Positions 26,801-36,843 of a stretch of DNA of 64,000 bases are shown piece by piece. Below the pieces are notes generated by a model, which did no database searches, was not told the origin of the DNA, and saw nothing but the letters and a program-made list of their open reading frames with translations. The stretch is taken from the NCBI GenBank assembly GCA_002774875.1, contig PCYM01000001.1, forward strand, positions 246,153 to 310,152, in the 5' to 3' direction. The stretch's first letter is position 1; each line of letters begins with the position of its first letter. Source of the DNA: Candidatus Uhrbacteria bacterium CG10_big_fil_rev_8_21_14_0_10_50_16. Lineage in GTDB: Bacteria; Patescibacteriota; Patescibacteriia; UBA9934; UBA11717. A program made the position numbers and the translations under genes.

Positions 26801-27589
26801 CTACAACGGCAGACTATAAATGCGATCCTGGAACTCCTCGATCTTATTATTCTCAGGATTCACCTGTTTGAGCAATTTCAACCCTTTTTGAGCGCGTTTG
26901 CGATCGCCGGCAAGTATACTCGCATCGATCAGAAAATCAAGGTACTTGGGGTTATTGGAACGTAAATCCACCGCCGCCTCAAAATACTCCACAGCTTTTT
27001 GCGTCTCGCTCGCCCGCATAGCCAACTCTCCAAGCGACGTCAAAATACTCGCATCCTCCGGCGCCAACGCCGACGCATACTCAAATGTCTGCCGTGCTTG
27101 GTCAAACTGTTTCATATCCACATACACTTTCCCCAACAACTCATACACTTCCGCATTCTTGGCATCCAAACTCAACAACTCAATCAATCGCTGCTCAGCC
27201 GCCGCGTAGGATTCCTTCTCAATCAACTCCTCCGCCTCTTCTTTAAGGTGATTGCGCATCTCCAACGTTCCCGCCACATCGCCAGACGACTCCTTTTGCA
27301 ATCGCTTGTAATGACGCTCCATGGCCTGTGCGTGGTGATACAATTTTTTGATCAACCCTTTCCCCTCACGCGTAACACTCGACGCTGCCTTTCCAGCCTT
27401 CTGCGCACGCTCACCGCCAATGCGCTCCAACCGTTGCACAAACAACGCACGCTTTTTGCGACGTTTCTCGCGTTCCGGGTCCGAGGACACATCCAACACA
27501 ATCAACTTGCTGTAATAACGCACCACAAACCAAACAATAACGGCTAAAGACACAACCAGCAACAGTAACGGTAATAACCACCAAAGCAT
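26801..27589 (-). CDS. membrane-anchored TPR-repeat protein
   Basis: N-terminal TM segment. TPR-like helical repeats in the C-terminal half. Confidence 0.55.
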   Translation of the reverse strand: MLWWLLPLLLLVVSLAVIVWFVVRYYSKLIVLDVSSDPEREKRRKKRALFVQRLERIGGERAQKAGKAASSVTREGKGLIKKLYHHAQAMERHYKRLQKESSGDVAGTLEMRNHLKEEAEELIEKESYAAAEQRLIELLSLDAKNAEVYELLGKVYVDMKQFDQARQTFEYASALAPEDASILTSLGELAMRASETQKAVEYFEAAVDLRSNNPKYLDFLIDASILAGDRKRAQKGLKLLKQVNPENNKIEEFQDRIYSLPL

Positions 27590-27591
27590 AT

Positions 27592-28338
27592 TTACGATAA
27601 TTCGGAGGCGAGTTGAATCAACTCAATCAACGATTTAATACGAACGCCTGCACCTCCTACAAGCGCGCCATCCACTGACGAGTGATTTAAGAACTCGTAC
27701 GCGTTTTCCGGTGTCACACTTCCCCCATAAAGCACCAAAACGTCCGGAATGTCAAGTTGCGCAAGCTGTTCCTTGATCTGTGTGTGCACCACGGAAACGT
27801 CTTGAATGGAGGGAACTTTACCGCTGCCAATGGCCCATAACGGCTCATACGCCACATAGATGGTATGCCGTTTTGTTGGATGAATCCCCATAAAAATCGT
27901 GCTAATTTGATCGTGGATGTACCCTGCGGTCTCTCCCGCCTCACGCGTGGCCATCGGCTCTCCCACCGCCACGATTACGTCCAATCCATGTTGCAGGGCC
28001 AACGCCACCTTCTCGCGCACGTCCGCGTCCGTCTCGCCTTGCCGTCGGCATTCCGAATGTCCCAAAATCACCGCCTGCGCTCCCACTTCCTTAAGAACCC
28101 GTACGGATACACTCCCTGTATAGGCACCAACCTCCTCCGTATGCATGTTCTGCGCGGCCATTTGCACACGGGACCGCCCTAGGACTTTGGACACCTCAAA
28201 CAACGCCGGGAACGTTGGCGCCACAAGAATATTTGGAATATCTTGCATGCCCCGAAGCCCACGCAAAACACCCCGTGCAAGAGCCACGGACTCACGCACG
28301 CCTAGTTCCATTTTCCAATTGGCAATGATGGTTTTCAT
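27592..28338 (-). CDS. tpiA: triose-phosphate isomerase
   Basis: IIANWKM start and TIM-barrel motifs, 248 aa. Confidence 0.9.
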   Translation of the reverse strand: MKTIIANWKMELGVRESVALARGVLRGLRGMQDIPNILVAPTFPALFEVSKVLGRSRVQMAAQNMHTEEVGAYTGSVSVRVLKEVGAQAVILGHSECRRQGETDADVREKVALALQHGLDVIVAVGEPMATREAGETAGYIHDQISTIFMGIHPTKRHTIYVAYEPLWAIGSGKVPSIQDVSVVHTQIKEQLAQLDIPDVLVLYGGSVTPENAYEFLNHSSVDGALVGGAGVRIKSLIELIQLASELS

Positions 28339-28388
28339 AAGGATGAGTTACGGGTTTGCAAACTACGTCTTGGGTGAGATCTCGCGGA

Positions 28389-29660
28389 TTATCGAGGAGG
28401 AAGTGTTGCACGGATTACATCTGGGTCTGTCTCGGGTCCAATGTAGGACATGGTCATCTTAGAGCGATCAAACAGCTCTTTTGCGAGCGTCTGCACGTCT
28501 TGCTTAGTGATTTTCTGCAACGCGGCAATACGGTCCTCAGGTGATGGAACCACCTCTTGAAATAACGCTTGCTTGGCATACCACTCGGCACGCTCGGACG
28601 AATCCTCAATACCCAACAATATTCGTCCACGCAGAAAAGCTTTGGTACGGTCCATTTCCTCGTCCGTCGGTCCATTGGTCACAAGATCGTTGATCTCTTC
28701 AAAAATGCGATCCATGGCCTCCGACAGCCGTGTCTTGTCCAACCCTGCCAAAATAGATGTGATACCGGCATCCTCGTACGCACTGTGGTAACAGTTGATT
28801 CTATACGCTAATCCCCCTTTTTCTCGCACATTCATAAACAAACGAGAACTCATATTGCCACCCAACATCGTACTCAACAAGCGCATGGTGTCCCCTCGCT
28901 CATCATTGTGTGACAACCCCGGAAATCCGAGTCCAATGTGCACTTGCTCGGTGGCCTTTTGCTGCATCTCGATCGGCGGAACATCTTGGGACGCAAACCC
29001 ATTAAACGCACCGTACCCGTCCGACGCTAATAAGCTCTCAACTGTTCCAAACGTCGCATTAAGCCACGTCTCAACCTCCGGTGTTACGTTTCCTGCAACG
29101 GCGATCGTCATGCGATCTGGTGTGTAATGTTGATCTCTAAATGCCATCACAGCCTTACGATCCATGGCACGCATGGTAGCAGGCGTCCCGGCAATGTCTC
29201 GTTCCAAAGAGTTACCTCTAAACATCACACGCTCCAACAACTCGTCGATGTGACGTGTAGGGCTATCCTCATACATGTTGATCTCCTCAATAATCACGCG
29301 TCGCTCGCGGTCCATCTCCTCCTCGTTGTAGAGCGAATCAAAGTTCATGTCATATAACGTTTGAATGGCGAACTGCGCATGCGTGGAATCCGACTTAATA
29401 TAGTACCCCGTATATTCCTTACTCGTGTAGGCATTAAACTCGGCCCCAATGGCGTCCAACGCGCGCGACACATGCGCGGGAGTGGGCAGTGCTGTAGAGC
29501 CCTTAAACATCATGTGCTCAATAAAATGTGAGGCACCACTTAACTCCGGTGTCTCATAGCGAGATCCAACCTTTGCCATCACCAAAACTGTCGTGGCTTG
29601 GGTGCCTTCAACCGGTACAAGAAAGGCGCGCATGCCGTTGGTCAATTCAATTTGTTTCAT
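28389..29660 (-). CDS. M16-family zinc metallopeptidase (insulinase-like)
   Basis: Inverted zinc-binding motif HFIEHMMFKG near the N-terminus, about 420 aa. Confidence 0.75.
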   Translation of the reverse strand: MKQIELTNGMRAFLVPVEGTQATTVLVMAKVGSRYETPELSGASHFIEHMMFKGSTALPTPAHVSRALDAIGAEFNAYTSKEYTGYYIKSDSTHAQFAIQTLYDMNFDSLYNEEEMDRERRVIIEEINMYEDSPTRHIDELLERVMFRGNSLERDIAGTPATMRAMDRKAVMAFRDQHYTPDRMTIAVAGNVTPEVETWLNATFGTVESLLASDGYGAFNGFASQDVPPIEMQQKATEQVHIGLGFPGLSHNDERGDTMRLLSTMLGGNMSSRLFMNVREKGGLAYRINCYHSAYEDAGITSILAGLDKTRLSEAMDRIFEEINDLVTNGPTDEEMDRTKAFLRGRILLGIEDSSERAEWYAKQALFQEVVPSPEDRIAALQKITKQDVQTLAKELFDRSKMTMSYIGPETDPDVIRATLPPR

Positions 29661-29705
29661 AGATTCACGTCGGGAATAAAGATCAATCGCTACCAATACA
29701 GGCGA

Positions 29706-31106
29706 CTACGCCGCAAGACGCTGCGCCAGGTACGCCGTAAGCTCTACAATCGGCACACGCGTTTGTTGCATGGTATCGCGATCACGCACGGTCACAGCCT
29801 TGTCTTCCAATGTCTCAAAGTCCACCGTTACACAAAACGGTGTTCCAATCTCGTCCTGCCGGCGATAGCGTTTTCCAATGGATCCCGAGGCGTCAAACTC
29901 CACGCGTGCCATTGGAAGGAGTTGATCGACCAATTTCTGTGCCGGCTCAATAAGTTGGTCTTTCTTAGAAAGCGGCAGGACTGCTACCTGATAAGGCGCT
30001 AACGCAGGCACAAATTTCATCACAACACGTGTATCTGTTCCGCCTTTAGAATCAGGGACCTCCTCTTCCGTATAGGCGCTTGTAAGCAACGCAAGTAGCG
30101 TTCGGTCCACGCCAAGTGACGGTTCGATCACATGCGGAACCACTTTCTTTGACTGTTCGTCTGGATCGGTATATTCCAATTTTTGTTTGGAGTGATTTTG
30201 ATGATTGGTCAAATCAAAATCTGTTCGATACGCGAGACCCCAAAGTTCTTTTGTGCCAAATGGAAAGTCAAACTCAAAATCCACCGTACGCTTGGAATAA
30301 TGCGCCAACGCGTCCTTTGCAACTTCCAATCGATGTACGTGTGCTATGTCGATTCCAATTTGTTTGCCCCAGTTTTCTATGGTGTCTGCCCATGTCTCAA
30401 ACTGTGCCTGCCAATCCTGCTCTTCCAAAAAATACTCAATCTCCATTTGCTCAAACTCAAGCGTTCTAAATGTAAAGTTTCCCGGCGTAATCTCATTCCT
30501 AAATGCTTTTCCGATTTGCGCAATCCCAAATGGCAATCGTATGCGTGTTGTATCTAACACGTTTTTAAAGTTCACGAAAATAGCTTGCGCTGTTTCTGGC
30601 CGAAGGTAAATCACTTGATCCCCTTCTCCGGCCGCACCTGCGGTGGTTTCAAACATCCCGCTAAACTGTCGCGGCGGCGTCAGCGCATTTCCATCTGGGC
30701 TCTTGAGGCTCTTCGCCTCGATAATCGCCGCAAGTTCCTCAAGCGACTTTCCATCGACATTCTCTCCTGTCATCTCCTGGATCAAATGATCGGCTCGAAA
30801 CCGTTTATGGGTTATTTTATCTTCTACTAACGGGTCATTAAACGTCTCTACGTGACCCGACGCCTCCCACACACGCGGATTCATCAAAATCGAACTATCG
30901 ATTCCCACAATATCTTGTCGGCGTTCCACAAATGTTTTCCACCAACTATCCTTAATATTTTTCTTAAGCTGAGACCCCAATGGACCATAATCCCAGGTAT
31001 TGGCAAGCCCCCCGTAAATCTCCGAACCAGGAAACACAAACCCGCGCCGCTTGCACAGCGACACGATTTTATTCATGAGATCCTCGGGTTGTTCTTGTTT
31101 GGGCAT
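29706..31106 (-). CDS. glyQS: glycine--tRNA ligase (dimeric class II type)
   Basis: N-terminal MNKIVSLCKRRGFVFPGSEIYGG signature, class II motifs, and a C-terminal anticodon-binding domain. Confidence 0.85.
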   Translation of the reverse strand: MPKQEQPEDLMNKIVSLCKRRGFVFPGSEIYGGLANTWDYGPLGSQLKKNIKDSWWKTFVERRQDIVGIDSSILMNPRVWEASGHVETFNDPLVEDKITHKRFRADHLIQEMTGENVDGKSLEELAAIIEAKSLKSPDGNALTPPRQFSGMFETTAGAAGEGDQVIYLRPETAQAIFVNFKNVLDTTRIRLPFGIAQIGKAFRNEITPGNFTFRTLEFEQMEIEYFLEEQDWQAQFETWADTIENWGKQIGIDIAHVHRLEVAKDALAHYSKRTVDFEFDFPFGTKELWGLAYRTDFDLTNHQNHSKQKLEYTDPDEQSKKVVPHVIEPSLGVDRTLLALLTSAYTEEEVPDSKGGTDTRVVMKFVPALAPYQVAVLPLSKKDQLIEPAQKLVDQLLPMARVEFDASGSIGKRYRRQDEIGTPFCVTVDFETLEDKAVTVRDRDTMQQTRVPIVELTAYLAQRLAA

Positions 31107-31113
31107 AGACTCA

Positions 31114-31740
31114 CTAGACTTTCATAATCTGATCCTCCTTGGCGTCCCCCAAACGCTCAAGCGCATCATTAACCTCTTTGACAAACGCATCCAACTCCTC
31201 CTGCAATCGATAGCGTTCGTCCTCGCGAATTTCATTTTCCTTCTCGGCGCGCTCAATATCTTTTTTTATTTCATCACGCCCCGTGCGCACACGAATCCGT
31301 GCCTCCTCCACTTTTTTGCCAACCATCTTTGCTAGCTCTTTACGTCGATCCTCCGTAAGCGGTTGCACCACCATACGAATAATCTTACCACTCACGTTTG
31401 GCATGATCCCAAGATTAGCCTCGGTGAGCGCCTTCTCAATATCCTTAACGACACTCGCATCCCACGGTTCAATTTGCACCGTATGCGCGTCTGGCGTAGA
31501 GATGGCCGCGAGGTTTTTGAGCACTTGTGCTGATCCATACGTGGTCACCAACACCCCGTCTACGAGTCCGGTACTTGCCCGGCCCGTTTGAATCCCGGCG
31601 AGTTCTCCTTCTAAAAATTCGATGGCTTTTTCTACGTCTGATTTTCGTTCTGTGAGAAATTGATGCATACACGACTGGTCAAGAATTACGGGAACCGTCA
31701 GATAAGGATTCATCTGAATTGTAGGAACCTTAGCAAACAA
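31114..31740 (-). CDS. frr: ribosome recycling factor
   Basis: Alignable with RRF over the whole length (KAIEFLEGELAGIQTGRAS...). The start is probably an internal Met. Confidence 0.8.
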   Translation of the reverse strand: MFAKVPTIQMNPYLTVPVILDQSCMHQFLTERKSDVEKAIEFLEGELAGIQTGRASTGLVDGVLVTTYGSAQVLKNLAAISTPDAHTVQIEPWDASVVKDIEKALTEANLGIMPNVSGKIIRMVVQPLTEDRRKELAKMVGKKVEEARIRVRTGRDEIKKDIERAEKENEIREDERYRLQEELDAFVKEVNDALERLGDAKEDQIMKV

Positions 31741-31752
31741 ACCCAGAATCTC

Positions 31753-32838
31753 CTAGAACACGAGTCCGCTTTGTTCCTCAAACGCGCGCAGCCCCAAATA
31801 GGCCGTAGAACCGTTCTCTGGATCAATTAATAGCTGATACCCACGTGAATTTGCTGGCATTTTTTCTGGGTCCCAACGTGATCCGCCATTAACCGACGTG
31901 TAAATTGTTGATCCCGCAACATATATCACATGGTTTCCGTCACGTGGATCCACGGCAAGTGCCGAGATATCCGACCCTGCCGCAAGTAAGGGAACCGGGC
32001 TCCACGTTTCTCCGCGATCCGTGGACGTCAACAAACCGTAATCGGTTGACACCCAGTAGGTATCACCCGCGGCTGTTTGCACAATGTCACGCACATTTTT
32101 TACGCCATCCAAATCTTTATATTGATCGTCTGCAAACAGATTCACCCACGTAGCACCGCCATCAATGGATCGTCGTAGCCCACTTTGGGCGGTGGACAAA
32201 AGCAAGATGCGACTATCCCGGTTATCAATTTCTAAATCTCGATTAAATCCACCCTTGTTATACGCTGTCATCCAGTTGACGCCCGCGTCTGTTGATTTCA
32301 AGACTTCTCCGGCTGTGTTGGTGAGATACACCACATTTGGATTAAACCAATCAACCTCGATATCGGTAATTACCACATCTGCTCGTGGGTCCACATACAT
32401 TTCTGTGTTAAATGTACGCCCGCAATCATCGGTTTTGAGCAATCGCTGACCGCGTGACACATACACCGTACATTTGTTGTTTGGGTCTACAGAGATCGCA
32501 CGCACGCGTCCATCTCGTAGTAAGGGTTCTCGCACACGATTCCACCCCGCACCGCCGTCATAACTATAAAGGAGTCCGTTTGCGAGCGTCCCCATGTACA
32601 GCGCAAAATGATCCGACGGATCAAACACGAGCTCGTTCACTTCTACGCTTGTAATGTCCCCCACACCTGTTGGGGTTGGAAGAGCTGCTTGTTTTTCCCA
32701 GTTAGCGCCACCGTCCACAGATTTCCACGCGCTAAATTGGTCCGCTTCACTGTTACCACCAAAAATACAGCCAGCACCGGTAAGGATGAGAATTCCGCAG
32801 AGCGCGGAGAGTTGAACGAGAGATCGATTCATATGCAC
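31753..32838 (-). CDS. BNR/Asp-box repeat lipoprotein (beta-propeller)
   Basis: Lipobox LTGAGC, then six SxDxGxTW-type Asp-box repeats. Confidence 0.55.
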   Translation of the reverse strand: MHMNRSLVQLSALCGILILTGAGCIFGGNSEADQFSAWKSVDGGANWEKQAALPTPTGVGDITSVEVNELVFDPSDHFALYMGTLANGLLYSYDGGAGWNRVREPLLRDGRVRAISVDPNNKCTVYVSRGQRLLKTDDCGRTFNTEMYVDPRADVVITDIEVDWFNPNVVYLTNTAGEVLKSTDAGVNWMTAYNKGGFNRDLEIDNRDSRILLLSTAQSGLRRSIDGGATWVNLFADDQYKDLDGVKNVRDIVQTAAGDTYWVSTDYGLLTSTDRGETWSPVPLLAAGSDISALAVDPRDGNHVIYVAGSTIYTSVNGGSRWDPEKMPANSRGYQLLIDPENGSTAYLGLRAFEEQSGLVF

Positions 32839-33794
32839 TGCATGAGTTGAATGAGAGCAAGTTTTGGATTGAGATGTTGTTGCAATTGTACCCTAAGCAC
32901 CGGCAAAGCGTGTAATAACCCTGTGAGTTGTTTGACCTCCATGTTGCTTTGGATTTGTTGGGCGGCAAGATCTGAGCACTGCAATTGCACAAGGAGTGCG
33001 TCGCGTGTTTGCATCTCAAGCGCACTTACGCGTTGCAACAATTCTGTGCGTGTTTTGACATGGTCTTCCTCGTAGGCCGGTAGCACACCGCGACTCGCCA
33101 AAATACGTTTTTGTACAGAAGCGTCCAAACATGCCAACGTGAGTGCATTTCGTTGATCAATCAATTCCCGCAATTGTGGATCCTCGGCGAGTGAGATAGC
33201 CACACCCGGAGATCCGGCCGAGAGGCCAGCTAACACGTGTGCTTCTTCACGCGACGAGGCACGTTCCTCCAACCCCGCACAAATCATCTCTCGTGCCACA
33301 AGACTTAACCGCAACGGCTGAACGCGAGAGGTAATCGTTGGTAAAAGCAATGTATCGTCTGTCACCGTCAACAAGATGCACGCATTCCCGCGCGGTTCCT
33401 CAAGAGTTTTGAGTAAGGCATTTGCGGCCGTAGTGGAGAGGAGATGTGCGTCTTGCACAATCAACACCTTGTATCCACCATGTAGCGCCGACTGTTGAAA
33501 CCGTTTACGCGCCTCTTGAATTTGCTCCACGGTAATCTGCTCACGCAATCTATTGGTTTTTTTATTTAATCCACGTTGCACGACCACCAGATCCGGATGC
33601 GTCTTGAGTGTCCCGGGATGTGTTTTAAGCAATCGCGCCGCAAAACGCCATGCAACGGTCATTTTTCCAACAGATTGCGGGCCCACAAGCAAGTATGCAT
33701 GGCTCACACATTGGCGATCCAACACACGATCCAAAAATTCCAACACCGTCTGGTGACCAATGACATTCCAAGGTTGTGGCGTTGTTTGAGGCAT
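32829..33794 (-). CDS. holB: DNA polymerase III delta-prime subunit
   Basis: N-terminal HAYLLVGPQSVGK AAA+ P-loop, and size typical of HolB. Confidence 0.7.
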   Translation of the reverse strand: MPQTTPQPWNVIGHQTVLEFLDRVLDRQCVSHAYLLVGPQSVGKMTVAWRFAARLLKTHPGTLKTHPDLVVVQRGLNKKTNRLREQITVEQIQEARKRFQQSALHGGYKVLIVQDAHLLSTTAANALLKTLEEPRGNACILLTVTDDTLLLPTITSRVQPLRLSLVAREMICAGLEERASSREEAHVLAGLSAGSPGVAISLAEDPQLRELIDQRNALTLACLDASVQKRILASRGVLPAYEEDHVKTRTELLQRVSALEMQTRDALLVQLQCSDLAAQQIQSNMEVKQLTGLLHALPVLRVQLQQHLNPKLALIQLMQCI

Positions 33795-33855
33795 AACTCT
33801 ATTATAGCAAAGTCTTGAATACAGCTAACGTTAGTGGAGATTATAAGGGTACCTC

Positions 33856-33884
33856 TTGACAAAATCACAAAAACATGTTATAAG
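33856..33884 (+). promoter_or_regulatory. near-consensus sigma70 promoter TTGACA-N17-TATAAG
   Basis: Exact -35, 17-nt spacer, 5/6 match at -10. It faces a GC-rich ORF-free segment. Confidence 0.45.
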
Positions 33885-33885
33885 G

Positions 33886-34575
33886 GACGGTTCCCAAAGG
33901 TACACACATGCGTGTGCGATTCGCGTATACCAATCTGGGGGAGAGAAAACGGCGTGAGTGTAGAGCAACAGCTCGAGGCTCCGCTGCTGGTATCAAGTGC
34001 TTAGACTGGGTCTTGACTCACTCTTCGCACACACCCGATACCATCGATAGTCAATCCAAGCTTTGCGCGGATGACGGCTATCATTGTTCCCCAGGTTGGT
34101 GTACGTGGACGTCTACACCAGTAGCGGTTCCATCTGCTCACGACCGGCGTCCTCCTGGACGTCGGCCCGACCACCCGCGAGATCAATTTGATTGAGCTTG
34201 CAGGTGGTCGCCACGACCCTCTATCTCCGTGCGAGGAGATGGCAGTCTCCAAGGCCAACCGCATTCGCGGGTTGCGCAGCTGCGCCTAAGAATGTTCTGC
34301 CAAATACCGAAAGGTGGCTCCCATTCTCACCGTGCCAACCGAGGCTGATATTGCAAGAGGAATCGAGATAGTCCACCACGTGTGGGTTATCTCCCTCCAA
34401 CTAGCCCCACGAGCAATCGTGAGGCTTAATGAGGACACTTTGTGTCTCTTCCGGGATCGCACTCCCGAGACGCAAAGTACATTTCTCTCCCCGAGAGGCC
34501 GCCAGGGTGTTTTATGCCTTGTGCGGCTTTTCTTATTTTGCTAGCAAAAACAGAGCCATTGCGGCCCTGTTTTGT
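33886..34575 (+). ncRNA. candidate large structured ncRNA or decayed foreign remnant (GC-rich, no ORF >100 aa in any frame)
   Basis: About 700 nt of elevated GC downstream of the promoter, with many local dyads and a possible terminator near 34547-34575. No match I can recognise to RNase P RNA, tmRNA or SRP RNA. Confidence 0.2.
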
Positions 34576-34780
34576 ATACCTATTTAAGTGAGAGTGTCGG
34601 TTCAATCGCGTCTTTTACCTCCTGACATCCATGCGCTCGGCCCGGTCCATCATCAAAGCCTGTACCACATGCATTGGTAAACACCAACCAGTCACCATTC
34701 AACATCGCCAGATTCACCCGTACACCCGTGTCACAAATTTTAAAATCCATGTTAAATGCATCGAGTGACGTGTAGCACAA

Positions 34781-35563
34781 TTAACTCGATGGAAACGCAA
34801 TGTCCGTTGGTGCCGCGTCCCAGGCAAGATTAAACACGCGACGCAGGGCTTGCGCCAACGGCGGATTCTCAATCACCACACCCACAGGGATTCCTTCAAA
34901 CGCGACCCCATATACTTCGTTACCTTTGACACTTATTTGACCCGTTAGCGGCGCGTCGTCACTTGGCAGATACCGCACATGCCATCCGTGACGCTCGTGC
35001 ATCTCACGCATAGATTCTACCGGTGGAACATCGGCCACAACCAGCACGCGCCCGTGGATACAATTATGCGTAAGCGTCTCACGATGATCTGCGTATTCAT
35101 GCGCCTCAATAAACGTATGCAGCGCATCGTAGGGAACAATTTCAAAAAAATCTGCAGAGCATTCCTCGTATCGGCGGGAAAGCTGCCTAATCCCCTCCCT
35201 CCCCTCATACATAAACATACGCGGGCGATGTTGAATGGTTTTTTCAAGCGCCATGAGCTCCGGCAACAACTCCTCCACAGCTTCCATGCGACGCAACAAC
35301 TCATCCGCCTTTGATTTGAGCATACGCACAATCACTTCTGGCGGCTCGGCGGCATACGTGTTCTTGCCTTTTTGCTCCAGGCTTGTCATGAGACCCGTCT
35401 CGATCAAGGATTCAATCACATTGTAAACCGTGGTACGCGTAATCTGCGACGCATGCGCAATCTCCTGCACACTGGCCGATCCCAACGACAGCGTGGTTAA
35501 ATACACACGCGCCTCGCGGTCCGACAAGCCGGCTAGTTGGAGTTGTTCGACAATATGCTGCAT
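34781..35563 (-). CDS. TrmB-family transcriptional regulator
   Basis: N-terminal winged HTH (REARVYLTTLSLGSASVQEIA) and a TrmB-like C-terminal domain. Confidence 0.6.
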   Translation of the reverse strand: MQHIVEQLQLAGLSDREARVYLTTLSLGSASVQEIAHASQITRTTVYNVIESLIETGLMTSLEQKGKNTYAAEPPEVIVRMLKSKADELLRRMEAVEELLPELMALEKTIQHRPRMFMYEGREGIRQLSRRYEECSADFFEIVPYDALHTFIEAHEYADHRETLTHNCIHGRVLVVADVPPVESMREMHERHGWHVRYLPSDDAPLTGQISVKGNEVYGVAFEGIPVGVVIENPPLAQALRRVFNLAWDAAPTDIAFPSS

Positions 35564-36624
35564 AGAACTTGCAGTGTTTTTTGTGCGGTCGCCTCCCAGG
35601 TAAACATCGCGACTCGCTCCAATCCTTGTGCGATTTTCTCCTCCATCAATTCACCACACACACGGTCAAATGCCGCCATCCATTGCCCCGCATCCTCTCG
35701 ATCAACAAATAACGGAACCTCTCCCCCCACTTCGTGCAACGCAGGGAGATTGGAACAAATCACCGGCACGCCCACCGCCATTGCTTCTAAAATAGGTATG
35801 CCAAACCCTTCTTTTTTTGTTGGAAACACAAAGGCCTTTGCGCCGGCCACAATCGCCGCCGCATCTCTCCCGTCTACCCAGCCAAGTACGTGCACGCCTA
35901 GATGTTGCGCAAGCGTTTGAATCTCTGTATAGCCATCCTCTCCAGGGGTGCCCACAAGCACGAGGTCCACGTCTGCATGTTGCTCACGCCACGTCGCGAA
36001 CATACGCAATAGGTCTGCCTGGCCCTTCCGTTGATCTAATCGCCCCACGCACACAAAATAGGTCTGCGGTAATTGATACTGCGCACGCACTTCTTGAATA
36101 CGATCAATCGCCTGCATGTTGTACAACGTGTGATCAATCCCAAGCGGCGTAACCGTCATGCGCTGTGTGTCCACCCCATAGGCACGCGCCACATCCTGCC
36201 TGGTTTGATCGGCCACCATCAACAACTTTGTTGCCACACGTGCGCAACGCAGGTGATCCTTTTCTAATTGTTTGACACGCTTTGCAGAAAAAAGTTCTGG
36301 ATTCCAATGAAACGCAATGTCATGAAGCGTCTGTACACTCTTTTGTGGAATGTAGGGCGGCAGAGCATCGCCAGGTGAAAACGTGACTTCTGGTTTTTCT
36401 AACCAAAGATACAGGCTCCACATCCATTTCCACCCCGGGAACGGCCACATAATGACCACGTTCTTCCAATTTCCCGCCAACGCAAAATCCAACGGACGAT
36501 GCGTATACACGCACACCTCCAATTCTGGTTGGAGTTTATTCATGGCTTTAATCAGATGGTACACGTACCACTCAACGCCCGTTTTGATAGGTTTTGCCGC
36601 CGGTACACCGTCGATTGCGATCAT
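35533..36624 (-). CDS. glycosyltransferase family 4 (GT-B, group 1)
   Basis: EGFGIPILEAMAVGVPVI motif and GRLDQRKG. Canonical start at MIAIDG. The ORF extends further upstream, to 36819. Confidence 0.7.
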   Translation of the reverse strand: MIAIDGVPAAKPIKTGVEWYVYHLIKAMNKLQPELEVCVYTHRPLDFALAGNWKNVVIMWPFPGWKWMWSLYLWLEKPEVTFSPGDALPPYIPQKSVQTLHDIAFHWNPELFSAKRVKQLEKDHLRCARVATKLLMVADQTRQDVARAYGVDTQRMTVTPLGIDHTLYNMQAIDRIQEVRAQYQLPQTYFVCVGRLDQRKGQADLLRMFATWREQHADVDLVLVGTPGEDGYTEIQTLAQHLGVHVLGWVDGRDAAAIVAGAKAFVFPTKKEGFGIPILEAMAVGVPVICSNLPALHEVGGEVPLFVDREDAGQWMAAFDRVCGELMEEKIAQGLERVAMFTWEATAQKTLQVLCSILSNNSN

Positions 36625-36843
36625 AGGATTATTTATGCCGTGTGCTCGTTTAGTATACCGTATAGAGTAGTATCGATCGTCATTGCGAGTTTTACGAAGC
36701 AATCTATTTATTCTTTCTCTCTCCTTTTTGTTTCGCCAAAACAGAAGGGCTTCGTTTATGCCAAGGTCATAACGGCGTACTCGTGGGGACACGCAGAGAG
36801 AACTCTCGATGTTGCTCACGAATTCCTTTTATCTTAACAACCC

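Noticed and set aside
33886-34575. RNase P RNA, tmRNA or SRP RNA identity for the GC-rich ORF-free segment
   Set aside because: I could not find the P4 GGAAAGUCCGG-type element, a tRNA-like 3' end with a TTCGA T-loop, or the SRP domain IV motif. I am leaving it as unclassified.
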